Of a stretch of DNA of 64,000 nucleotides, positions 48,426 to 59,363 are shown in pieces. The notes under the pieces were generated by a model. The model had not been told where the DNA came from. It did no database searches and saw only the letters and a list, made by a program, of their open reading frames with translations. Source of the DNA: Takakia lepidozioides (lineage: Eukaryota; Plantae; Bryophyta); the NCBI GenBank assembly GCA_030704615.1, contig CM060732.1, forward strand, positions 39,060,001-39,124,000. Reading direction: 5' to 3'. Made by a program: the position numbers and the translations under genes. Position 1 is the first letter of the stretch, and every line of letters starts with the position of its first letter.

Positions 48426-50930
48426 GACTGAATTGGAGAGAGAGCGAATGGCCTTAGAGCTGCAAGAGAAGAGGCACAAGCAGAGTGGTCACAATCACAG
48501 TCATCCACAGCAGGCACAAGCAGAGTGGTCAATAAACATGGTACTACGGTTCTCAATTTGTTTGGATTGAGAATCTCAGTACCATGTTTATTGACTCTGC
48601 TATGGATGACTGTGACTTTGAGAAGCGCAATAAAAAGGTTAATCTCTTTGATCAACTTCACCAGGGTTGTGTCAATCATTAATGGCCTCATAACGATGCT
48701 CCCTTGTTTCTTACCAATTGACCACTAACTGCAAGTTTGCAGTCCTTTCCAATTTCAGTAGTCCTGCCATAAAGAGCGGCTACACCTTTGTTTTGACTTC
48801 AAATATGTGCTTAGTCATGTGAGAGCTTGTACTAGTCTGTCATTTCTTTGTTAGGTATTTGCCAGCTTTGAAGCTGTTAGGCATACTTTTGACTACTATT
48901 TCTCTTGGAGGGAAATCGCCATGAAGCATGGTGTCCAGGAATTCCTTTGTTGGAGTTAGATTTGGAGGTTGGAGCACTCATTTTCTGCGGATGCCTCCGG
49001 GAATTTGTGGGTTTCGGTGTGAATAAGGAACAGTGTAAGCTCTCACTGAGGGTGCCCTTAAAATATTTCAGTCCCAGCCTTTGTCCACTTGGAAAAATGG
49101 TGGCAGCATTTTGTGTGTTCCATTTCCCTTGTATTCCATCCATCTGGTTCTCTTGTGACTCATCCTATACTAACTGTGCTTCTAGACTTGCAGATTTGTA
49201 CGATATATTTTTGCGATAGGCCAAAGACTTTAGAAAATGTTGCATTTATAATGAAAACCTCACAAAATATTTGTTTGCCATTCAATGAATGCAGCATCAG
49301 GATCTGAACAGGTGTTTTACAAAGGCCACTGAACGAGACCCTGTTCATGAGTTGGGACTGCCACCAACAGCAGCTGGAAGCCCATCTGAAAGTGGTAGCC
49401 TTGGCTTAGGCAGTTTCTACCTGGAGCCAAGCTCCCGTATTCACGTAGCCGTGAGAAAGAGAAGATCAACAGAAGAGACAATTCCGACTGAGTTGATGAG
49501 TTGAACTGGGCTCCACATACTTGCCATAAGCATTGAGGAAGCTATGTCAATTTGGAACAAATATTGTGGATTTAGAGCTCCTATGTTTGTTGCAGGCAAG
49601 GGGTTGGTGTGCTAGGGTAGGTTTAATAAAAACATTATCTGTAGACTCGGATGAAATTGAGCTCTCCAAATTAATTTGTGGGTAATCATGATGCAGCTCA
49701 AGCAGCAGCTCAATGACTTGCAAGCAAACTACGAGGACCTGTAATATGAAAATGAGCTTAAGGTCAGTGCACTTTCCTTTATTGCACGTACTCATTAGTC
49801 TGCTATGACTATTGAAGCTGTATATTCCAGTTCTTCCTCCCTTTTGTTGGCTTTTGTGTTGTCTAAGCGTAGCTTTGCTCTGACACTAGTGGCTTGTGGA
49901 TGAAAGAGAAGATGATTGAAATGGTGGAGCTGAAGAATGAGTTGGCTTCTGTTCGAACCGCTGTAAGCGAGACGCAGAAATTGGATGATAACTATCGTGA
50001 GGTGGGGAAGAGAGACACCATCTTGGATGCGTGGGATACCGAACCTTGTGCTAGTAGTATCAAACATCTGAGGGTGCAGGTACCCTTTTGAGGCAGTGCG
50101 GCTTGCAGAAATTGCATGTCAGGCAATTGCGTATGCCTCAATTCTTCTTTAGCGTAGGTTTGGCTTAGAACTTTGGAAGGTGTAATACAATAGTTGTTAC
50201 TGAGATCCATGGCGTTGAAGTACAATTGTGGTATGATATTGCTTTGCTTTGTAGCTTGGAGGCTGACTACTGTAGAATTCGTCTGCTTGGGTTTAAGTCA
50301 AAGCTTCAAAGGACACTGTTTTTAAGGGAGCCTTGATGAATAGTAGAGGTCCAAAGTAAGAGCAAATTGACAGTTTCTCCCTCATGTGCGAGGTCCTTAG
50401 TAAAATCCTCTGTCCATGTAAACTATCTGGAGCTGGAGAAATTTTACATGCAGCGGGAGTTGGATAGTCTCATGGAGCAGGCTTAGGACCAGTCATCTAC
50501 TGCTAAGGAAAACTTAGAGAAGGTATGACACATCCAATTACACTGACCACTAAGACGTTGGTTGAAGGACTTTTGGGAATTCTTGTTGGCTTACTATAAC
50601 GTTTTGTCTGGTTCAGCACGCAAATGAAGAGCTCAGCAAGGCAAGGAAGGATGCTAGAGAAGTGGAGTTGCAGCTGGCTGTGGCCTTCAACGCATTCAAC
50701 AAATGGAGAAGGAGAAGACTTTCTATTCTAGGGGCTTTTTTACATTTAGCTCCTTGGAAGTTGAACCATTCGTTACTTATACTTCTCTCCATTTCCGTTG
50801 GATGACCCGGCCTCCCTGGCAAAAAAAACCTCATGCAAACAAAAGAAAAGCACTCTCCCAATCAAAGGTATACTAAATGGAAGCGATAGAGCTGCAAACA
50901 CAACTCAAGACGAACTGAAGAGCAAAGTGG
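48426..50930 (+). pseudogene. Decayed multi-exon coiled-coil gene (possibly a kinesin-7/CENP-E-like stalk)
   Basis: Short exon-like coiled-coil pieces with splice signals (TELERERMALELQEK; MIEMVELKNELASV; ANEELSKARKDAREVELQL) that contain stops. Confidence 0.3.
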
Positions 50931-53598
50931 AGGCCACAAAATCCACTACAAATGGTTTCCATGCTCTTGTGATTGAAAGTTCTCTATCTTGTGGAAGCTT
51001 TTTGGATACCTCTTGGAATGTGCTTCATTATTGTCTTGTCGGGGGTAATGTGCCTATGCCCAAACCATCACGGAGATCACCGAGACCAGTCAGTCACTTA
51101 TTAGAGAGTGCAGAACCACGGGTCCAATGGGACCCAAGTGTTCGCGACGTAAAATGCTGTGCAGCATCGCAAATGTCATTAGTGTCCATCGTATTCCTAC
51201 CAATAATTGAATCTATGGATCGAATTATTGGATCGAGTTATCGGCCAGGCTCACGTGAGCCCATGTTTATGGGCCTAATCTCGCGGAGGACAGACCTACA
51301 ACCACGGGACTAAGCTCCACATATGAGGAGATAGGTGTGTTTCATCTCAATTTAATGTTATGTAAACCTAGTTCGATTATTGGTAAGTATATGATTGGAA
51401 CGCTGCACAATATATATATATTTTTTTATCGGAATCCCATGGACAGTCCAAGACCTCAGAGAAGGAGCTGAAAGCACAAACAAGGAGTTGCAAACTATGA
51501 TGAAAGAAAAAGAGATTGCTGAGTGGCATAAAACAGAAGTATTGGAAAATGTTTGCCAAAAATGAGTTGGATGTAAGAGACTTTGATGAGCGTATCAAAG
51601 CTGAAGCAAGCACAAAGGTATGGGGCCTTGCCTTCCCTGATAATTTCTTAGAGGAGCAAAAGAGCAATGCAATTAGAGGTCCCAACACACTGTTGATGTT
51701 TTTGATGATGGATACCAGGAAGGAGTGCTGAAAGAGCTGCAGGTGCTGGAGAAGGAAGCTGAAAGGTCAAGGAGGGATTTGGAGAATATCAAGCCCTCTT
51801 ATGAGGATTTAATGGCACGGGAAGCAGAAATCAGTGAGAGGTACATATATGCAGCTGAGTTGCTTTGGAATTTTGCTTGGTCTGGTGATATTTGCGATCT
51901 GTCATGATAGACATTTTGGGTTTCCCTTCTTTACTAGTATTTACTTTAAATGGTTGTGATTTACTGATAACTGAAAGTGATACTGGTAGTGATGCTGAAT
52001 TCTTCATAGGTGAAGTTGAACTATAGCAGATGGAGAGGTTGGAAGCTCAAGTATCAGCTGGTGGGATTTTAGATCGGGAAAGACATCCTTTATCAAATGC
52101 AAGGCAGGACATTCCAGTTCCCCACCAAAGCGGCACAAGTGGCTGCAAGGAGAAATTGATGACCTTCAGCATCTGATGGCAAATATGAAGGAGCAGGTTA
52201 GACGTTTGAGAGCTGTGTGTAGACTCATTTGGTGCTCTCTCTCCCCAACGACAGGAATTGTATGTTGCTTTTCAGGGACTGCCATTCTCTCATGCTCTTA
52301 ATGTTAGTCATCTGTCATTCTACTTTGTGCCTGTGTGCCCCTAAGGGCTTGCTTGTCTCTACTTCATTGTCATCAACTACCGTAATCCGCTGTCTCATCC
52401 TCATAATGCATTGGAGATGGTAGCTTGTTGGATGGAAGTTTGACTCTCATGTATGCTGTCGTAAGGTGGCAAAACTAGAACTCGAGACTACGAAGCTAAA
52501 TGAAGGCTAAGCCCAACAGACGTTTAACATTGAGGCCCATCAGGCTGAATGAAAAGAACAAGAAGTGACTCCTTGACAAGGAGTCACTCAGGGTCAAGGT
52601 TCAAGGGTCTCCTCAGTCAGACCCTTGACAAGAAGTGACTCCATCGGGATTTTGAAGCCTTAAAGGGTCAAAGGGATGGACTTCGAGAAACTCGGGAGTA
52701 AGTCTTTTGCTTAACTTTTAGGTGCAGTAATAAAATTGGAGTGCATTCTTTCTAATAAGAAATATTGTCCTGTAAACCTACAAGATCCCAAGGCTTGACT
52801 AGTAGTTCTGATTGATATGGCTACCAGACTTGCAATAATCTTCTAATGTTCTGTGTAGAGACCAAAGTCATGCGACTACTTTGTAGGCCAGCTTAAACCA
52901 CTCTTACATGTAGTGTACTTAGTAATTTAGATAATCTAGTAATCTGTGTAATTAGTTGCACTACTTGGTCAAAACACACAGTTTTTTTATTCACAAGAGT
53001 TACTACATGTAGGTTGTTTTGAGAAGGGTCCACATGTGATTCTGTTTCTGACTGGATGGCTGGGCTTGGGAAGCTAGAGTGTGAGGGGCCATGATCACTC
53101 TGTTAAGCCACTGTGAAGGTGTTTATTGAACACGGACTTCCAAAATGTGTCAATACTTGCAGAATACTCTGGAAGCAGGAAGCTGACTTAAGCATTGAAG
53201 TTGAAATACTAAAGGGGGAGATTATGAAAGCAAAAAAGAGTTTGGATGTAGTTGCTCCTGGGGTTAGTTGTCTTAGGATTCCCTTGTTACTTCAATGTTT
53301 TCCATGGTGAGTGTACACGATGAAACCTATCTTGATGTTGTTCAGCCAAAACATAGGTCGTGTTTGCAGGCCACATGTGTCTGCTGTCAACAGTCTGTCT
53401 AGTCCAGCAGAGTATGGTTGGGAGCTTTTGTATTCTCCATAGAGAAACGTGCAATCTTGCCCCTCATTCAGCACAAAGAACAAATCCGACCTTAGTCAAA
53501 ATGTGGAGGTTTGGGACTCTTCAGGCCTGAATTCCCAAGGCAAAGTAGTGACTAAATTCAAGCACATAGACCTGTCGAGTAACCGTTCTGGTGATAGA

Positions 53599-53669
53599 AT
53601 GTACTCATAAGACGTTTGTTTGCCATAGCCTTGTGGCCATGGACCCTGCGCCCAGTTTGAGTGGAGCAA
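53599..53669 (-). mobile_element. 71-bp retroposed copy of the LINE 3' end
   Basis: It matches 56970-57040 and is flanked by a 12-bp TSD TCTGG(T/C)GATAGA (53587-53598, 53670-53681). Confidence 0.85.
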
Positions 53670-54619
53670 TCTGGCGATAGACTGGGTGTGGATCGTCAAA
53701 CTCATATGTGCCTCTGTTAAGTTGGTGGAGTGAGAGAGAAGACCGCACCGTAGGCATGCTGTTCTGGTTCCAAGGGTCTGACTGTCTGTTCCCTCTTTGT
53801 TTCAACCATCAGGAAATCAGAAGAGGGTTACGTTCTGTGAAGAGAATATGCAAGGACCACAATGGATGCATGGTCCTCTTGCTGAACTGCTGGAATGCGA
53901 TGAGAAGTTCTTTACGGCTGTTGAAGTCACTGCTGGCAACAAGTTTGAGGAACACTTTGAAAGTCTGCTTGAGCTTGTTGATGTCTATGTTATTTATTCA
54001 TGCAGGACATAACCAAACTAGTGTGAAGCTTTCATTAATCTGTTCACTAAAAGTCTTTTGGCTGCTCTTGAAATGTACTGGTATATCACACGATGCCGTC
54101 ACACTGCGTAAATGCATGGTCTGCTGGTACACACAGTAGATCACGCAGGTGATTCCTGCTGCAGTAAATCCACACTGAACCCATGTGCCTTCTGATATGA
54201 TGCAGTCTATCCATGTGACCGAATTACAGCTCCCAGAGTGAACTACCCCACTGGACCTGATGTTGTTAAAAAGGTGAAGTATGAGCCAAAGTTCAATCCT
54301 GCTTTTGCACAGGTCAGAATCTTCACTTGTCATGTTATCTCATGGTTTCCACTTTTGTTATGCTGCATTCTTGCCCTTTTGCAGTGATAGGCGTTTTGAC
54401 ATTTATGGGGCATATAGTGAGATTGTTTTCAGTGGCTTGAAGATGTGTTGTTGGCTCTTTGCCAGAGTTTTGTCAAGCAGTTACTTTTATGTAGTTAAAA
54501 CCCACCTGCTGTGCTTCTACAGGTTTTGGGTAGGACTGTCATCTGTTGAGACCTTGAGCTGCAGGGCACAAAGCATAAACGTATGGTTGCCACAAAAAGC
54601 TATGGGTAATTTCTTGTAA

Positions 54620-56257
54620 GCCTGCGGGGCTTGCAAGCATCGATTAAGAGAAAAGATCCGCTCTGTTCTTCCGTCCCTATGCCACTGCGTAAGTAATATT
54701 GCGAGCGTATAGTCTGTTAGTTCCTCCATAGCTTCAAAGCTATAGCATTGATGGTTTGTCCCGTCGAGACGTCCGTTACTTAGAACGACGCCGACTCTTG
54801 CGCTTAAATTCCCTCCAATTTCTTGATCCCTTTTCTGGCTTCCAATTGGCTGTAACCGCTGTGACTGGATTTTAGATTTAATTTTCTTTAGTGGACTTTC
54901 CCTGCTGGACTGTCCACTAAGATAACACATGTGACAAGAATTTCGCTTTTCTGTACTTGCCGTTTGTTCTGTTGCCCCTTTTCCGTATTCATTAATGGGC
55001 CCGCCATTCATCCGAATTGACGTGCTAAATAGGTATTTTGATGGCCATTCTTGTCCTCTTTCTTGATGACATCTGTTCTTGCACTTCCTTCTCAGCTGTG
55101 TGTTGCGTCCTGACTTCCACGTGTCCCTTTCTAAACTGGCTTCCGTCCTTTTTTCCGCCGGCCATTTCCCTGAAGTTATCATGCGTCCACCTGTCACTGA
55201 TTCTATGGATTGTGTAACCCTAGTAGGCTGTGTTGAGCTGTGACAGGCTGTGTCATACTGTGGTACGCTGTGATAGGCTGTGACACGCGGTGGTAGGTCA
55301 TGATAGGCTGTATTGCGCCGTGCTGGGCTGTGATAGTCTGTGTGGCGTCGTGCTGGGCTATGATAGGCTGTGTCGCGCCGTGATGGGCTGTGATAGGCTG
55401 TGTCACGCCGTGATGGGCTGGGATAGGCTGTATCGCGCCATGATGGGCTGTGATAGGCTGTGTCGCGCTTGTTCTGCCCGCCCTGGTCATATATGCTCGG
55501 CTTAGCGACAAGTGTTCCATACTCCGTTGGTATCACTGGCGCAGCCCGTGACTGCTTTTGCGTTTCAACATGCAAATCATGCTGCAATGGTTTGTCATGG
55601 ATACCACTGTACCCCTTCAACTTATTGGCATTGACTCTTCCCAGCACCTCTTTGTTAATGGTTTGTAACATGGCGGTGTTGTTATCATATATCTTTTGTA
55701 TGACATAAGGTCCTTTCCATGGTGATTTAAGCTTAGAAGCTTTAATCTTTCCCTTCTTCTGCAACTAGAGAACCAAATCTCCCGTCTTAAAAGTCTTTAT
55801 CTTGCCTTCATCAAACTGTTCCTTTTTCTTCATCTGAATTCTGGTCATGTTATCAGCTGCATCAGCACGTACTTCTTGGACATGGTATAATTCATGTTTC
55901 CTGACCTTAATTGAATCTTGCAATTCCATTCTCTTTCCCCATTCCGTTCTCATGGTAGGTAACAGGAATTCCACTGGAAGTAAAGCTTCCATACCATAAA
56001 CTAATTGGAATGGCGTATACTTAGTGGTGACTTTATATGAAGTCCTGTATGACCACAAAGCTGTCAGCAGCTTTGTATCCCAATCCGTTCTGTTTGCATT
56101 GACTATCTTAGCCAAGATAGTACATAGTATTTTGTTGGTAGCCTCTGCCTGTCCATTACCCTGTGGGTAATATGTTGTACTTTTCCTATGCACAATCATG
56201 AACTCTTTAGTCAATAATTCAATGGTCTCATTAATGAAGTGGCCACAAATGTTGCTC
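54620..56257 (-). mobile_element. Ty3/gypsy integrase C-terminal fragment plus downstream region
   Basis: Motifs HFIN, STTYYPQGNGQAEATNK, WD..L..ALWSYRT.YK, TPFQLVYG.EA.LP.E, GDLVL* and WKGPY. A 30-bp tandem repeat lies at 55230-55470. Confidence 0.9.
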
Positions 56258-57041
56258 GGACATCTGAAGTTGATTACATCGTAGCATGCCAAACCAGGAG
56301 CAGTCGGGTTGAAATCGAGGCTGCAGGCAGCAGCCACCTCAAAGCGCAGAAGAGAGTAGAAGAGATTCTCAAGGATCTGAATCTGGACCCGCAAGTCTTG
56401 ACCTTGCTGGATAAATCTGACTTAGAGACGTGTCCAAAGCCATGTCTGTTACCAGCAAATTGTCTGATGCAAATGAAGTTAGGCAGAAAACTTCCCTGAA
56501 CCTGTTTCCAGTCTGTGACATGGGGGAGGATATCATGGATGACCTCAAGGGTCTACCCACTCTCGGCACCAGACGGAAATTTAAACTCAGGGCAGGAAGC
56601 CTACCTTTGAACAGTAAACAGAAGCAGAGAGGAAATGGAGAGTGCAATTGCCCGTTGTGTGGGCAACCCGAAGACAATATTCATTTTCTGATTCACTGTC
56701 CGGGGTATTCTCACCAGAGAGAAGCTCTCCTCCAATCTATCAAGAGAATTGTGTCTGTACCTCTGTTTACCAACTTCGAAATTCTCGAGGCTGAGCCAAA
56801 AGCCCAGGCCCTTCTGAGGCCTAGTTTTTGGGCAAATCACACACAGCAGATTGATGCTTGTGTGAAGGGATTTCTAGAGGATATCTGGAAAACCCGAATT
56901 AATTCTATTTATAAAGGTAAGTCTTACTACCAATGTCAGCCCCTGACGGAGGTAGGTTCTGTCCCTTTGGTTTCCGCTCAAACTGGGCGCGGGGTCAATG
57001 GCCACAAGGCTACGGCAAACAACGTCTTATGAGTACATTCT
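56258..57041 (+). mobile_element. Non-LTR (RTE-like) retrotransposon 3' end
   Basis: A C-terminal CCHC motif CPLCGQPEDNIHFLIHC. The ORF ends at 57032, followed by GTACATTCT, and the terminal ~65 bp recur elsewhere with TSDs. Confidence 0.75.
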
Positions 57042-58701
57042 TATGGCCATGGCAAAGGCATGTAGGGATTTTGAAAGGGTCCTGTGGTGTTTGTTGGTCT
57101 GCAGTCCATTGATCTATTTAGCAATGTCATGTCATTTGATGTCCCTTGTCATATAAAACTGATGTAGGACTGGATTCACAAGAGGAGAGGTTACTGCACT
57201 AGGTGAACATGACGTGGCCCTCACTCTCGAGTCTGTGACAGCTTTTACATGGATTTGATTAGAGGGATGATGTTGAACTGGGGTGTCACAAATTCAATTG
57301 AATGACAGAAAACTAGTATCAAGAAGCAGTGCCTCTCATGTTTGTAGCTTCAACAAGCACAAAGTATTCAAGGTCCTTGACAGACAACAGGGAAGTACTT
57401 TGCAGGGTCTTGAGGTGCATTCCACAGAAACATAAATTCATCCTGAATTTTATTCTTTCCCTAACATGCAGAAAATGTGTGAAAGTCTGGCAGCTCATGA
57501 CCCTGGGAGTAAGTGTAACCAAAATCAACGAGTGTCAGGGAGAAGTTATGATCAAGGAGGGAGAGAGAAAAGCAAGAGCTGAAACTGGTTTTTCACAGGC
57601 AGAATCCAGGAAAACTGGGCTGGAGATGATGCTATCAACCAATCTGGTGAGGCAGCAGCAGGAATTGCATGCCCAGCTATCTACATTGGACCAGGGTCTC
57701 ATAGAGGGCCTAGATAGCAAGAAACAAGATCTCAAGGATGCAAAAGTTTCTGTAGATGAAGCTGCACGTCAGCTGAAGGGCAAGTCCTGTATCTGAAAAT
57801 GGAGATATTCAAAAACATCTTTGAGGTTTTAGCATAACTTGTAAATACAGTACATCTCAACCCTCTGCAGGGAACTGATGAAGTGAGTGGAAATTTATAA
57901 CAGCTGGTCACGGTTATGCATGTTGTAGTTCATTTTGTCTGGTTCTCTTGGATTGACTCTAAGTGATGAGACAACATTCTTCTGTTTACCTTCCTCTCTG
58001 TTGTTTCGTCGTGATGCTTATGTTTTGATCTTCTAAGATCTTCTTTGGCTATCTCTTTATCTTTGGTCAACTCTCAAATGTGAGTTTAGGATTTACCAGG
58101 CTGTCACATTGGTACGTTTGAAATTACATAGAGAAAATATCTGAACAGTCCCCTCTGAATAGTTCAATTTTTAGGATGGCAGTATGTCTTACATGAACAG
58201 TGGTGCTGGCAAAGTGACTTCGGACTTCTATGTCCTGACTAGCAAGTTGACAGGAGAATGGGGTAGTCAGGTATTGAATGTAGGGTCTCAGCCACTCCAA
58301 GGCAATGGCTACACTGGTGTTGTGATGTACTGATCAATATTCTGGTTGATGATATACCTCTCCTTTTCATCAGCAAGGTGTTCTGTATGGTAAGACATTC
58401 TTTGCTTGTTACTAGGCAAGGGATGTCCTTTGCAATTGCACTTCGGCATCCAAGGCTTTTACAAGAGAACAGAAGCACCAAATTGGAAGTAGGATCAGAG
58501 TCTTAGTGGAGAAGCGAAATGTAGGGTTGATTTTATTTTTGATTGATGGTGTAGCAAAGACTGTTCAAAATCAGCAAGCACTCAAAGCAACTACTTACAC
58601 GATATGAAGAATAGACTGGAAGAACTGAAGGGCAGTTGCTAAAATTCTGGGCTTTTTCAGTGATTATTTATTGCCCCTTTCTAGTGAGGGCCGATAGCTA
58701 A

Positions 58702-58908
58702 CTTTTTTCTTTTCTCTTTTTTTTTTCTTTTTTAAAGGGAGATACCTGGGAGCAACAGCTCACAAGTCAAGCCCCTTGATAGTGAGAGGAGAAAATAACC
58801 TCTTTCAGAGCAACCGCGTATGAGTGAGAATACCCGTCAAGTTGCAGGTTTTGACCCCAGAATCATTTAGGTGGCACTCAGTGCACTTAACCAACTGAGC
58901 TACTAACA
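58702..58908 (-). mobile_element. tRNA-derived SINE, copy B
   Basis: Head TAGTAGCTCAGTTGGTTAAGTGCAC, a 3' body AAGGGGCTTGACTTGTGAGCTGTTGCTCCCAGGT and a poly(A)-rich tail. Confidence 0.75.
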
Positions 58909-59363
58909 GTTAGTTTGCTCACATGGTCAATTTTTCCCTCTTATTAGTGGAAGGAAAAGATTTCCTTGAGCCCCCAAACAGAGTTGTCCAGTAAATTTTA
59001 TGCAGGTAATACCAGTTCACGGGTAGACCTAATTCAAAGACAAATGGTTTAGGAACATGGGAACATGTTATCTATTCCCAATCAGAATGAGCGTTCAGAC
59101 CCGGATCCGTTCCCGCCCGCCTGGTCTCCTCCTCGGCTTCCTTGTTGAACCGTCTGCCTCCGATCGTCCACTGCAGAAGCGGCCATAGCCGTCGTGTGAT
59201 TACGGCTTCAACAACCCATTACTGTTGTCTGTCTCTGTCTCTGTATGTAGGCTTCTTTCGTTCTTCTTTCTTGTAGTGCATGTTGTAGTCAGGGAGCTTC
59301 CGTGGCTCTGTTCTGGTTTGTGAGGGACGTTCCTGTCGGGGATCACGGGGAAAGAGGAGAAAA

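Larger units (their letters stand above)
51430..58630 (+). pseudogene. SMC3: Cohesin SMC3 pseudogene (coiled-coil and hinge exons), interrupted by retroelements
   Basis: Motifs KELQTMMKEKE, ELDVRDFDERI, ILYQMQGR.FQF..KAA, AKKSLDVVAPG / EIRRGLRSVKRIC, GPLAELLECDEKFFTAVEVTAGN and ESRKTGLEMMLSTNL. It has frameshifts, stops and missing exons. Confidence 0.88.

Noticed and set aside
51037-51321. Solo LTR (TGTCG...CCACA)
   Set aside because: No matching TSD and no second copy in the window.
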